From positions 15,387 through 39,386 of the forward strand of contig NZ_JBBKZV010000010.1 of NCBI RefSeq assembly GCF_037889915.1: a stretch of 24,000 nucleotides of DNA. Reading direction: 5' to 3'. The notes under the pieces were generated by a model. The model did no database searches, was not told the origin of the DNA, and saw nothing but the letters and a program-made list of their open reading frames with translations. Every line of letters starts with the position of its first letter. Positions within the stretch are counted from its first letter, which is position 1. The DNA is from Variovorax humicola. Its GTDB lineage: Bacteria; Pseudomonadota; Gammaproteobacteria; Burkholderiales; Burkholderiaceae_C. Shown piece by piece: positions 7,678 to 16,524 of the stretch. The position numbers and the translations under genes were made by a program.

Positions 7678-8586
7678 CTACCAGTCGCTGCCGCTGTTGT
7701 CAGTGCCGCTGTCCCAGGACCCGGCGTCCTGGATGCCGAAATCATTGCCTCCCATGTCGGCGCTGGTGTCCGGCCCGAGGTTGTCGCCGAACGTCGACGG
7801 GCCGCTCGGATGACGCTCGAGGTCGCTCGAGCGCCCGTCCCGGTGCGAGAAGTGCCGTACCGCTTCCTCGACAGCCACAGCGCCCAGGCCCATGGCCGCG
7901 CCGGTCATCAAGGCGCCTCCCAAACCGCCCGGCAATCCACCCGGCGCGGGCGCGGGCGCGTAGCTGGCGGGGTTCACCGGCGCATTCTGGGCGTAGCCTG
8001 TCGGCCCGTTCGCATAAGACGGCGCGCCAGGGCCTGCTGCGTAGTTCGTGTTCGGTCCGGCCGCCGCCGCACGGGCGCGGCCGAGTCGCCGGAACACGAA
8101 GACACCCGCGGCGATCAGCAGGGCCAGGATGCCCAGTTTCGCCGGTGCGCCCATGCCCGGCGCAGACTCAGGCGCAGCCAGCGACGGGGACTGCAGTCCA
8201 GTCGACGTTCCGGCGGCCGCCCTGGGGGGCTTCGACGCATCGAGCCGCTCCGCCAGGCCCGCAACAGCCTCCGGCCTTGCAAAGGGAAGGCCGGGCGCCA
8301 GTTCGTTGGCCTTGGCGAACTCGGATCTGGCCGCGGCAAGATTGCCCTCCTTGGCCAGCAATTCGGCGTGGACGAAGTGGGCCTTGCCGCTGCCGGGGTG
8401 CGCGGCCAGCACCTTGCCGATCATTTCGTCGGCTTCGCGAAGCCTGCCGCTCGAGGCAGCCTTGTAGATGTCGTCGATCGTCGGCTCGTTGGTACGAAGC
8501 GGGTGCGTGTCGGCCTGCGCGAGCGCAGCGACCGGCACGGCCAGGGCAAGGACGAGGCCCAGTTGGATGACAAGACGTTTGTACAT
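7678..8586 (-). CDS. Secreted/membrane tetratricopeptide-repeat protein with a low-complexity Gly/Pro/Ala/Asn region and an acidic C-terminal tail
   Basis: It starts with a signal peptide (MYKRLVIQLGLVLALAVPVAALAQA). A TPR-like segment follows (GRLREADEMIGKVLAAHPGSGKAHFVHAELLAKEGNLAAARSEFAKANELAPG), then a TM helix (LGILALLIAAGVFVFRRLG). A glycine-zipper-like stretch (GGLGGALMTGAAMGLGAVAV) also occurs. The opposite-strand 390-aa ORF is Arg/Pro-rich shadow. Confidence 0.75.
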   Translation of the reverse strand: MYKRLVIQLGLVLALAVPVAALAQADTHPLRTNEPTIDDIYKAASSGRLREADEMIGKVLAAHPGSGKAHFVHAELLAKEGNLAAARSEFAKANELAPGLPFARPEAVAGLAERLDASKPPRAAAGTSTGLQSPSLAAPESAPGMGAPAKLGILALLIAAGVFVFRRLGRARAAAAGPNTNYAAGPGAPSYANGPTGYAQNAPVNPASYAPAPAPGGLPGGLGGALMTGAAMGLGAVAVEEAVRHFSHRDGRSSDLERHPSGPSTFGDNLGPDTSADMGGNDFGIQDAGSWDSGTDNSGSDW

Positions 8587-8901
8587 GTTGTGAGCGCTTT
8601 CGAAGGTCGGTCACCGGATGGTGGTTCAGAGACTGGAACACGCGCCCATTAAGTGGCCCTTAATCAGGCGTGTTTCAGTGTCTGGCGGCGGCAGCGCGGT
8701 GCGTGTGCGTCGCGGCCTGCAAGATGCGTCGGCGGACGCCACAATGCGTCCACGAAGGCCCGGCGAAGCCGGTTCCGCGGTATCCCTGGAATTGACCGCG
8801 CCGGTTTTCATGCGTCGCCGGTCGTGCGACAGCGCGGTGGAAAACCGATCATGAGAGTCCGGCGTTGATTGGCGCGCCGCGATGGTGCTGCCGTGGTGCC
8901 T

Positions 8902-9549
8902 TCAGGGCGCTGCCATGGCGTCGTCGTGCGGATCGATTGCATCGGCACCTTCCGGCAATTGCACCTTCTCGATCCCGCCCAGGAACAAGTCCGCGACGAT
9001 CGGCGCCATGGCGGCGTAGTCCAGTTCGCCGTCGGGCTTCATCCAGGTGAACATCCAGTTGATCATGCCGAACAGCAGCATGGTCAGGGGCTTCGACAGG
9101 TGGGCGCTCGGCTTGCCCGAGCGCATTTCCGACACGGCGCGCGCGAAGCCGGCGACGACGCGACGCTCCTTGTCGAGCACGCGCTCGCGGTCCTCCGGCG
9201 TAAGGAACTTGACGTCTTCGGTCAACACCCGATGCGCGTCCTGTGCATTGGCGTACTCGGCCACGATGCGATGGATCATGTGGCGCAGCCTGGCCTCGCC
9301 GCGCAACCTGGCGGCGGATTCGTCGTCGATCAAGGCCTGCAGGCGCGAGACGTGTCCCTCGGCGATGCTGACGAGCAGGCTGTATTTGTCCTTGTAGTAG
9401 TGGTAGAGCGAAGCCTTCGATAGCCCGCACGCTTCTGCCACCTGGTTCATCGATGCCGAGGCGTAGCCCCGCTTCGCGAACAGCGCGGCGGCGCGGGTCA
9501 GGATCAACTCTCGCTGGTCTTCGTAGGTGGAGGCTCGTCCGCGCGGCAT
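8902..9549 (-). CDS. paaR: TetR/AcrR-family transcriptional regulator, PaaR-type by context
   Basis: The N-terminal HTH is RELILTRAAALFAKRGYASASMNQVAEACGLSKASLYHYYKDKYSLL. It lies immediately downstream of paaY on the same strand, inside the paa cluster. TetR-type PaaR regulators are the known paa repressors in Burkholderia, Thermus and Corynebacterium. Function is assigned by context. Confidence 0.75.
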   Translation of the reverse strand: MPRGRASTYEDQRELILTRAAALFAKRGYASASMNQVAEACGLSKASLYHYYKDKYSLLVSIAEGHVSRLQALIDDESAARLRGEARLRHMIHRIVAEYANAQDAHRVLTEDVKFLTPEDRERVLDKERRVVAGFARAVSEMRSGKPSAHLSKPLTMLLFGMINWMFTWMKPDGELDYAAMAPIVADLFLGGIEKVQLPEGADAIDPHDDAMAAP

Positions 9550-9603
9550 GTCGTTGAATCCCCTGGTTGGTTGATGCGAATCCTGCTTGAGCGGCCGCCC
9601 CGG

Positions 9604-10209
9604 TTACTCGTCGCGCTTGGTGGCGATCAGCGTGCGCACCGTCGAATGCTGTACGCGCGGCCGGTTGTCTTCGACGGCCGCGAGCGGCTCGACCTCGACC
9701 AGGCTGGCCTGGCAGCGCCGCGTCAGCTCCTGGTAGGTCAGGGTGCCATCGAGCTTCCATGCGATCTCGGAGTCGCTGAGTTCGCGCTTGACCTTGGCCG
9801 GCATGCCAGCGGCCAGGCTGCGCGGCGGCACCTTCATGCCCGCCGGCACGAAGGCGCAGGCCGCGACGAAGGATTGGGCGCCGATCTCGGCCTCGTCCAT
9901 CACCACGGCATTCATGCCGACGAGGGCATCGCGCCGCACGATGCAGCCGTGCAGCACCGCGCCATGGCCGACGTGGCCGTTCTCTTCGATGAGCGTGTCC
10001 TGCAGCGGGAAGCCGTGCATTACGCAGGTGTCTTGCACATTGGCGCCGGCGTGGAGCACGATGCGGCCGAAGTCGCCGCGCAAGCTGGCATTGGGCCCGA
10101 CGTAGCAGTTCGGCCCGACGATCACGTCGCCGATCAGCACGGCGGTCGGGTGCACGTGGGCGCTTGGGTCGACGACCGGCCTGACGCCTTCGATCGAGTA
10201 GCAGGGCAT
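9604..10209 (-). CDS. paaY: Phenylacetic acid degradation protein PaaY (hexapeptide-repeat, gamma-carbonic-anhydrase-like thioesterase)
   Basis: [52 protein letters not shown]... shows the left-handed beta-helix repeat typical of PaaY. The ATG at 10207-10209 is preceded by AAAGAGGAAAGAG. The 322-aa track ORF extension crosses the divergent promoter and overlaps paaG, so it is rejected. Confidence 0.88.
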   Translation of the reverse strand: MPCYSIEGVRPVVDPSAHVHPTAVLIGDVIVGPNCYVGPNASLRGDFGRIVLHAGANVQDTCVMHGFPLQDTLIEENGHVGHGAVLHGCIVRRDALVGMNAVVMDEAEIGAQSFVAACAFVPAGMKVPPRSLAAGMPAKVKRELSDSEIAWKLDGTLTYQELTRRCQASLVEVEPLAAVEDNRPRVQHSTVRTLIATKRDE

Positions 10210-10293
10210 GTCTCTTTCCTCTTTGCTTTGTTGGCTAGGGTTTCCACCAAGTTCAAACAACTTGCGTACCGAAGCGAGGAAATAATAAACTCT

Positions 10294-10307
10294 ACCGAAC
10301 GGTCGGT
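10294..10307. promoter_or_regulatory. Imperfect palindrome ACCGAACGGTCGGT in the paaY/paaG divergent intergenic region; candidate PaaR operator
   Basis: The site was read directly from the sequence and has the form ACCG-nn-CG-nn-CGGT. From memory, this matches the core pattern reported for TetR-type PaaR operators, which needs checking. A related half-site TACCGAA recurs at 10267-10273. The surrounding 10210-10333 is the only AT-rich promoter-like gap in the cluster. Confidence 0.4.
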
Positions 10308-10333
10308 CAATAATGTTTCGGGAATCCACCACG

Positions 10334-11116
10334 ATGACAGAGCCCACGATTTCGGCGAGCCAGGCTGGCGCCGTAACCACGCTGACGCTGAGCCGTCCAG
10401 CCGCGATGAACAGTTTCACGAGTGCGATGCACGCCGAACTGCTGGCGGCGCTGAACGCCGCCGCGGCCGATCCGTCGGTGCGCTGCGTGATCATCACGGG
10501 CGCTGGCCGCGGGTTCTGCGCGGGCCAGGACTTGAGCGATCCGGCCGCCGCGCCAGGACAGGACCTCGGCAAGTTGATCGAGGCGAACTATGCGCCCCTG
10601 GTCGAGCGCGTCCGCTCGATGCCGGTGCCGGTGATTGCCGCGGTGAACGGTGTCGCCGCGGGTGCCGGTGCCAATCTCGCCTTGTGCTGCGATCTCGTGA
10701 TTGCCGCGCGCTCCGCGTCTTTCATCCAGGCGTTCTCCAAGATCGGGTTGGTGGTGGACACCGGCGGAACCTGGCTGCTGCCGAGGCTGGTGGGCTCGGC
10801 GCGCGCGCTCGGCCTGGCCATGCTGGGCGACAAGGTGCCGGCGGCCGATGCCGCGCAGATGGGAATGATCTGGCAATGCGTCGACGACGCCGCGCTGCTC
10901 GACACCGCGAACGCCCTTGCGACGCGGCTCGCCGGCATGCCGACGCGTGCGCTGGTCGCTACGCGGCAGGCGTTGGTGGCCGCACAGGGCATGGACATGC
11001 GCGAGGCACTGCAACAGGAAGCCGCGCTGCAATCGGACCTCGGCGGTTCGCACGACTATCTCGAAGGCGTGGACGCGTTCCGCAACAAGCGCGCACCGAG
11101 CTTCACCGATCGCTGA
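10334..11116 (+). CDS. paaG: 2-(1,2-epoxy-1,2-dihydrophenyl)acetyl-CoA isomerase PaaG (crotonase superfamily)
   Basis: The crotonase motifs are [29 protein letters not shown] and [23 protein letters not shown], and the gene sits in paa context. The start is uncertain. I prefer the ATG at 10334 because the ATG at 10313 would begin 6 nt after the palindrome. Confidence 0.88.
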   Translation: MTEPTISASQAGAVTTLTLSRPAAMNSFTSAMHAELLAALNAAAADPSVRCVIITGAGRGFCAGQDLSDPAAAPGQDLGKLIEANYAPLVERVRSMPVPVIAAVNGVAAGAGANLALCCDLVIAARSASFIQAFSKIGLVVDTGGTWLLPRLVGSARALGLAMLGDKVPAADAAQMGMIWQCVDDAALLDTANALATRLAGMPTRALVATRQALVAAQGMDMREALQQEAALQSDLGGSHDYLEGVDAFRNKRAPSFTDR

Positions 11117-11144
11117 GCACCCGAGGCAGCCAACGCCGATCCAC

Positions 11145-11600
11145 ATGACAGCCCACATGACCGAACTCCCATCCCCACAACAAACTGCCGAGCATGTCCG
11201 CGAAGGCATGTTGCGCAACGACCGCGCGACACGTTCGCTCGGCATGCGCGTGGTCGACATCGCGCCGGGCACCGCAACGATCCGCATGCAGGTGCGCGAA
11301 GACATGCTCAACGGGCATGACATGTGCCACGGCGGTTTCATCGCCACGCTGGCCGATTCGGCCTTTGCCTTTGCGTGCAACTCGTACAACGAGATGACCG
11401 TCGCCTCCGGATTCGGCATCGATTTCATCGCGCCCGCGAAGCTCGGCGATGTGCTGAACGCGCGTTGCGAAGAGGTGTCGAAGGCCGGTCGCACCGGCGT
11501 CTATGACACCGAAGTCACCAACCAGCGGGGCGAGCGACTGGCTGTGTTCCGCGGCCGCTCGTACACCATGAAGGGCAAGCCGGCCGTCGTGCCTGCGTGA
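11145..11600 (+). CDS. paaI: Hydroxyphenylacetyl-CoA thioesterase PaaI (hotdog fold)
   Basis: NGHDMCHGGFIATLADSAFAFACN...GRTGVYDTEVTNQRGERLAVFRGRS is typical PaaI. An alternative ATG lies at 11157. The 227-aa track ORF start overlaps paaG out of frame and is rejected. Confidence 0.88.
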   Translation: MTAHMTELPSPQQTAEHVREGMLRNDRATRSLGMRVVDIAPGTATIRMQVREDMLNGHDMCHGGFIATLADSAFAFACNSYNEMTVASGFGIDFIAPAKLGDVLNARCEEVSKAGRTGVYDTEVTNQRGERLAVFRGRSYTMKGKPAVVPA

Positions 11601-11628
11601 ACCCTGCCAGCCTCACCGAGGAGACAAC

Positions 11629-12942
11629 ATGCCAGTGAAGCAACCGGGGCCCGACGACCTGTCGGCCATCGAGAAGGCCAGCCGCGACGAGATTGCCGCG
11701 CTGCAATTGGCGCGCATGAAGTCGACGTTGCAGCGGGCGTACGACAACGTGCCGCACTACCGCAAGACCTTCGATGCCAAGGGTGTGAAGCCGGGCGACC
11801 TGAAGCAGCTCGGCGACCTCTCGAAGTTTCCGTTCCTGGTCAAGTCCGACCTGCGCGACAACTACCCGTTCGGCCTCTTCGCCGTGCCGCGCGAACAGCT
11901 CGCGCGCGTGCATGCATCGTCCGGCACGACCGGCAAGCCGACTGTGGTCGGCTACACGAAAAACGACATCGACACATGGGCCGAGCTCGTCGCGCGATCG
12001 ATTCGCGCCGCAGGCGGCCGACCGGGCGACATGATCCACATCGCCTATGGCTATGGCCTGTTCACCGGCGGACTGGGCGCCCACTACGGTGCCGAACGCG
12101 CGGGCTGCACTGTCATCCCGATGTCGGGCGGGCAGACCGAGAAGCAGGTGCAGTTGATCCAGGACTTCAAGCCGTCCATCATCATGGTCACGCCCAGCTA
12201 CATGCAGGTGATCATCGAGGAGTTCACGCGCCAGGGCCTCGATGCGCGCGCGAGCTCGCTGAAGGTGGGCATCTTCGGCGCGGAGCCGTGGACCGAAGCG
12301 ATGCGCCACGACATCGAGCACAAGGCCGGCATCGATGCGGTCGACATCTACGGCCTCTCGGAAGTGATGGGCCCCGGCGTGGCCAGCGAATGCATCGAGA
12401 GCAAGGACGGCCCGGTGATCTGGGAAGACCATTTCTATCCCGAGATCATCGACCCCGACACCGGTGAACTGGTGCCCGACGGCGAGGAGGGCGAACTCGT
12501 CTTCACCTCGCTGACCAAGGAAGCATTCCCCGTCATCCGCTATCGCACGCGCGATCTCACGCGGCTGCTGCCGCCGACCTCGCGCTCGTTCCGCCGCATG
12601 GGCAAGATCGTCGGTCGCAGCGACGACATGATGATCATCCGTGGCGTCAACGTCTTTCCGACACAGGTCGAGGAGATCGTGCTCGCGCATGAGAAGCTCA
12701 CCGGCGTCTACCAGATGCACATCAGCCGCGAGGGGCTGCTCGACCAGGTCGAGGTGCATTGCGAACTGCAGCCCGGCAGCCACGTCAGTGAAAGCGACCG
12801 CAACGCGGTGGCGACGTGGGTGCAGCATCGCATCAAGACGCTGGTCGGCATCTCGACCGAAGTCCGGGTGTTCGACCCGAACACCATCGAACGCACGCAG
12901 ACCGGCAAGGCCCGCCGCGTGGTCGACAAACGCCCGCGCTGA
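11629..12942 (+). CDS. paaK: Phenylacetate-CoA ligase PaaK
   Basis: The 437-aa length and the motifs SSGTTGKPTVVGYT, YGLSEVMGPGV and IRYRTRDL are characteristic of PaaK. GAGGAGA (11619-11625) precedes the ATG. Confidence 0.93.
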   Translation: MPVKQPGPDDLSAIEKASRDEIAALQLARMKSTLQRAYDNVPHYRKTFDAKGVKPGDLKQLGDLSKFPFLVKSDLRDNYPFGLFAVPREQLARVHASSGTTGKPTVVGYTKNDIDTWAELVARSIRAAGGRPGDMIHIAYGYGLFTGGLGAHYGAERAGCTVIPMSGGQTEKQVQLIQDFKPSIIMVTPSYMQVIIEEFTRQGLDARASSLKVGIFGAEPWTEAMRHDIEHKAGIDAVDIYGLSEVMGPGVASECIESKDGPVIWEDHFYPEIIDPDTGELVPDGEEGELVFTSLTKEAFPVIRYRTRDLTRLLPPTSRSFRRMGKIVGRSDDMMIIRGVNVFPTQVEEIVLAHEKLTGVYQMHISREGLLDQVEVHCELQPGSHVSESDRNAVATWVQHRIKTLVGISTEVRVFDPNTIERTQTGKARRVVDKRPR

Positions 12943-12983
12943 GCGCTGCGCATTCATCCTCCGAGCGACGAACAAACCATTCC

Positions 12984-15431
12984 ATGCTGAAGAAACTTTC
13001 TCTCCTTTGCACAGCCCTTGCGCTGGCCGGCTGCGCCGCTACGACGGCTACCTCGACCGGAACGGCCACGATCAAGCGAGACACCTACGGCGTTCCGCAT
13101 GTCTACGCGAACGATGTGCGTGGCCTGTTCCACGGCTACGGCTATGTCGTGGCCGAAGACCGCCTCTTCCAGATGGAAATGGCGCGCCGCGCCGTGCTCG
13201 GGACCGTCTCGGAAGTCATGGGTCCGAACTATGTGGCGCTCGACAAGGGGAGCCGGTCGGCCTTCACGCCCGATTCCATCAAGGCGCAGATGGCCAGGTT
13301 GCCGCCCGATGAAAAGGCCATCTTCGACGGTTATGCAGCAGGCTTCAATGCACGCGTGAAAGAGGTGCTGGCTGCCAAGGGCACCCTGATGCCGAAGCAG
13401 TTCATCGACGCCGCCTTCGAGCCGAAGGCCGACTGGACCGGCTACGACGTTGCGATGATCTGGGTCGGCACCATGGCCAACCGCTACTCGAATGCGAGCA
13501 GCGAAATCGCCAACCTCCGTCTGCTGAATCAACTCCAGAAGGCGAAGGGCGATGCGCTCGGCCGCGAACTCTTCGACCAGATCCGCTGGATCGAGGATCC
13601 GCTTGCGCCGACCACGGTCCCGCGCAGCGGCGGGCAGAGGCAGGCCGCCGCGCTGCCGGCGAATGGTTCAGCGAAGGGTGACGATCCGTTGGCCCGCCTG
13701 GTGCCGGTCTCGCCAGAACTGCTGGCCTCCCGCAGCGACGTCGATGCGGCGTCGCGCGGTGTCGCGGAGCCGTGGCAGCGACCCATCGCAAGCAACCTCT
13801 GGATCACCGGGCCGAAAAAGACCAGCGACGGCAGCACGGTGCTCATCAACGGGCCGCAATTCAACTGGTTCAATCCGTCGTATGTGTTCGCCGTCGGGCT
13901 GCACGGCGCTGGCTACGACGTGACGGGCAACACGCCCTTCGCGCATCCGGTAATCCTGTTCGGCACCAACGGAAAGATCGCCTGGGGTGCGACTGCGGGC
14001 CCGCTGGATGTCAACGACATGTACCAGGAGAAGCTCAACGCGTCGAACCGCTACGAGTACCTCTTCAACGGTGCCATGCGGCCGATGGGCAAGCGCACGG
14101 AGATCATCAAGGTCAAGGGCCAGGCCGATCAGAGCCTGGATGTCTACTCGACAGTGCATGGCATCGTCACGGACTTCGATCTTCCGAACAACACCGCCTT
14201 CTCGATGAAGCGGAGCTGGGACGGCCATGAGCTCGAATCGCTGCTCGGCTGGATCCATTCCATGCAGGCAAAGAACTGGGACCAGTGGCTGGCGCAGGCT
14301 TCGCGAGTCGCGATCACCATCAACTGGTACTACGCGGACGCCGACGGAAACATCGGTTACGTCTCGCCCGGTCGACTGCCGATCCGCCCCGCCTCGCAGG
14401 ACGTTCGCCTGCCGGCGATCGGCGACGGCTCGATGGAGTGGCAGGGCATTCGTCCCTTCAAGGAAGACCCGCAGGTGTTCAATCCCGCGCAGGGCTACAT
14501 CGCCAACTGGAACAACCAGTCCGCGCCAGGCGCGGTCAGCGATGGCGGCAACTACGCGGCGGCAGACCGGGTCAATGAATTCATCACGCGCCTCGAAGCC
14601 AAGCCGCGCCTGACGCGCGATGAGCTTTGGGCCATCAACCGCAGCACGGCCTACGCGGACACCAACGCGCGCTATTTCGTCCCGTTCATCGTGGAGGCCA
14701 CGCGCGGTTTGCCAGCCACGGATCCGGCGCATCGCGCTGCGCAGATCCTTGCCGCGTGGAACATGGAGAACGACGACCCGACCGAGCAAGGTGCCTACCA
14801 GAGCCCGGCCACGACGATCATGATGGCGTGGCTGCCGATCATCTACAAGCAATTGCTGGCCGACGATCTGCCGCCCGAAGTGTTCGCGGCCTATTCGAAC
14901 GGAGGCTACGCGGGCGCGACGCAAGTCGCCAGCATCCGGCCGGGTAATGGCTCCAAGCTGCTCTACAACGCATTGCTCGGCCCCAAGGCCGGGGTGCCGC
15001 AGCGCTACGACTTCTTCAATGGCGCCGACAAGAACGCGATGATCCGCAGCACTCTCGCACAGGCCGTGTCCGAGTTGACGGCGCAGTACGGCAGCGATAC
15101 GGCCCGGTGGCGCACGCCGGTCACCAGGCACGTGTTCCTCACCAGCAACTTCATCGGAGCGCCGCAGGCCAACGCCGACGAATTGCTGACGCTGCCGAGC
15201 TACATGAACCGCGGTTCGCAGAACGACAAGGTGGTGTTCTCGGCCGGCAGCGTTTCCATGTGCACGGCGGCACCGCCCGGACAGAGCGGCTTCGTTGCGC
15301 CAGACGGCCGCAAGGCGGCGCACTATAGCGACCAGATGGCGCTCTTCAAGGACTTCGGCTGCAAGAGCGAGTCGCTGACGCCGGCCGAGGTGGACCGGAA
15401 TCTCGAATCGACCAAGCAGTTGGCGTATTGA
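12984..15431 (+). CDS. pac: Penicillin G acylase (Ntn-hydrolase, EC 3.5.1.11-type) precursor with a lipoprotein signal peptide
   Basis: Long stretches match my memory of E. coli PGA. Alpha chain: [34 protein letters not shown] and [15 protein letters not shown]. The beta chain starts at [10 protein letters not shown]...[34 protein letters not shown], with the catalytic Ser codon at 13791-13793. Further matches are [23 protein letters not shown] and [13 protein letters not shown]. The N-terminus [17 protein letters not shown] has a lipobox (LAGC, Cys17). Confidence 0.92.
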   Translation: MLKKLSLLCTALALAGCAATTATSTGTATIKRDTYGVPHVYANDVRGLFHGYGYVVAEDRLFQMEMARRAVLGTVSEVMGPNYVALDKGSRSAFTPDSIKAQMARLPPDEKAIFDGYAAGFNARVKEVLAAKGTLMPKQFIDAAFEPKADWTGYDVAMIWVGTMANRYSNASSEIANLRLLNQLQKAKGDALGRELFDQIRWIEDPLAPTTVPRSGGQRQAAALPANGSAKGDDPLARLVPVSPELLASRSDVDAASRGVAEPWQRPIASNLWITGPKKTSDGSTVLINGPQFNWFNPSYVFAVGLHGAGYDVTGNTPFAHPVILFGTNGKIAWGATAGPLDVNDMYQEKLNASNRYEYLFNGAMRPMGKRTEIIKVKGQADQSLDVYSTVHGIVTDFDLPNNTAFSMKRSWDGHELESLLGWIHSMQAKNWDQWLAQASRVAITINWYYADADGNIGYVSPGRLPIRPASQDVRLPAIGDGSMEWQGIRPFKEDPQVFNPAQGYIANWNNQSAPGAVSDGGNYAAADRVNEFITRLEAKPRLTRDELWAINRSTAYADTNARYFVPFIVEATRGLPATDPAHRAAQILAAWNMENDDPTEQGAYQSPATTIMMAWLPIIYKQLLADDLPPEVFAAYSNGGYAGATQVASIRPGNGSKLLYNALLGPKAGVPQRYDFFNGADKNAMIRSTLAQAVSELTAQYGSDTARWRTPVTRHVFLTSNFIGAPQANADELLTLPSYMNRGSQNDKVVFSAGSVSMCTAAPPGQSGFVAPDGRKAAHYSDQMALFKDFGCKSESLTPAEVDRNLESTKQLAY

Positions 15432-15451
15432 CCCTTCAACAGGAGATCACG

Positions 15452-16462
15452 ATGTACACGCAAGCCATGGACACGATGGGCAAGGAGCCCGGCGACGGCA
15501 AGAAGGCGGTTCGCTCCGCCGAGGAAATGCAGTTCGAGGAACGCTTCGACGCGCACATCGACGCCGGCGATTTCATCGAGGCGAAGGACTGGATGCCCGA
15601 CCACTACCGCAAGACGCTGGTGCGGCAGATCAGCCAGCATGCGCATTCGGAAATCGTCGGCATGCTGCCGGAGGGCAACTGGATCAGCCGCGCGCCCACG
15701 TTGAAGCGCAAGGCCATCCTGCTGGCCAAGGTGCAGGACGAGGGCGGCCACGGCCTCTATCTCTACGCGGCGGCCGAAACGCTCGGCACCTCGCGCGACC
15801 AGATGTTCGATGCGCTGCACAGCGGCAAGGCCAAGTACAGCTCGATCTTCAACTACCCGACGCTGACCTGGGCCGACATCGGCACCATCGGCTGGCTGGT
15901 CGACGGCGCGGCAATCATGAACCAGGTGCCGATCTGCCGCTGCTCTTATGCGCCGTATGCGCGCGCCATGATCCGCATCTGCCGCGAAGAGAGTTTCCAT
16001 CAGCGCCAGGGCTACGAAGCCCTGCTCACGATGATGACCAAGGGCACAGCCGCGCAGAAGGCGATGGTGCAGGACGCGGTCAATCGCTGGTGGTGGCCGT
16101 CGATCATGATGTTCGGCCCGCCGGACGACCAGTCGCCCAACAGCGCGCAGTCAATGCGTTGGGGCATCAAGCGTTTCAGCAACGACGAACTGCGCCAGAA
16201 GTTCATCGACGCGGCGGTGGAGCAGGCGCGCATTCTCGGCGTGACCCTGCCCGACCCGGATCTGAAGTGGAACGAGGAGCGCCAGGCGCACGACCACGGC
16301 GCGATCGACTGGAGTGAATTCTGGCGTGTGATCGGCGGCGATGGGCCGTGCAACCGCGAACGGCTGGCGGCGCGCGTCAAGGCCTGGGAAGACGGCGCAT
16401 GGGTGCGCGAAGCCGCACTCGCACACGCCCGCAAGCAATCAACCTTGAAGGAAGCAGCATGA
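15452..16462 (+). CDS. paaA: 1,2-phenylacetyl-CoA epoxidase catalytic subunit PaaA (di-iron oxygenase)
   Basis: The di-iron ligand regions are [10 protein letters not shown] and [17 protein letters not shown] (15441-15446) lies 5 nt upstream of the ATG at 15452. The TTG at 15428 overlaps the pac stop and is less likely. Confidence 0.93.
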   Translation: MYTQAMDTMGKEPGDGKKAVRSAEEMQFEERFDAHIDAGDFIEAKDWMPDHYRKTLVRQISQHAHSEIVGMLPEGNWISRAPTLKRKAILLAKVQDEGGHGLYLYAAAETLGTSRDQMFDALHSGKAKYSSIFNYPTLTWADIGTIGWLVDGAAIMNQVPICRCSYAPYARAMIRICREESFHQRQGYEALLTMMTKGTAAQKAMVQDAVNRWWWPSIMMFGPPDDQSPNSAQSMRWGIKRFSNDELRQKFIDAAVEQARILGVTLPDPDLKWNEERQAHDHGAIDWSEFWRVIGGDGPCNRERLAARVKAWEDGAWVREAALAHARKQSTLKEAA

Positions 16463-16524
16463 TCGACGCACGGCCGCCCGAAGGCGATCGCACCGCAACG
16501 CGTAGCGCGGAGGTTACCCAATGA
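16459..16524 (+). repeat. Copy A of a dispersed 62-bp intergenic element; contains a 21-codon mini-ORF ([21 protein letters not shown]) ATGA-coupled to the paaA stop and the paaB start
   Basis: The ATG at 16459-16461 overlaps the paaA TGA (16460-16462). The mini-ORF TGA (16522-16524) overlaps the paaB ATG (16521). GGAGG lies at 16509-16513. Hand alignment to the copy at 21728 gives 55/62 identical positions. Confidence 0.85.

Noticed and set aside
7398-8570. A 390-aa + strand ORF across the TPR gene region.
   Set aside because: Its composition is extremely Arg/Pro/Ser/Cys-rich with no motifs. The minus-strand ORF has a signal peptide, a TPR segment and a TM helix.
8831-8846. AGCGCGGTGGAAAACC resembles the 3' part of the 62-bp element (AGCGCGG shared, followed by the reverse complement of GGTTTTCCA), suggesting a fourth, rearranged copy.
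   Set aside because: Only about 16 nt are similar and one block is inverted. The rest of the element, the hairpin arms and the ATGA ends are all absent, so chance similarity in GC-rich DNA cannot be excluded.
9604-10572. The full 322-aa minus-strand ORF as the paaY gene.
   Set aside because: The N-terminal 121 aa would run through the AT-rich divergent promoter and overlap paaG. The internal ATG at 10209 has a strong RBS and yields the canonical ~200-aa PaaY.
12984-15431. An alternative call as an N-acyl-homoserine-lactone acylase (PvdQ/QuiP-type), which would be attractive for this kind of soil betaproteobacterium.
   Set aside because: Near-colinear similarity to E. coli-type penicillin G acylase runs through both chains (SNLW.. 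beta N-terminus, [21 protein letters not shown]). The paa operon context also favours a phenylacetyl-specific PGA. AHL activity cannot be excluded without an assay.
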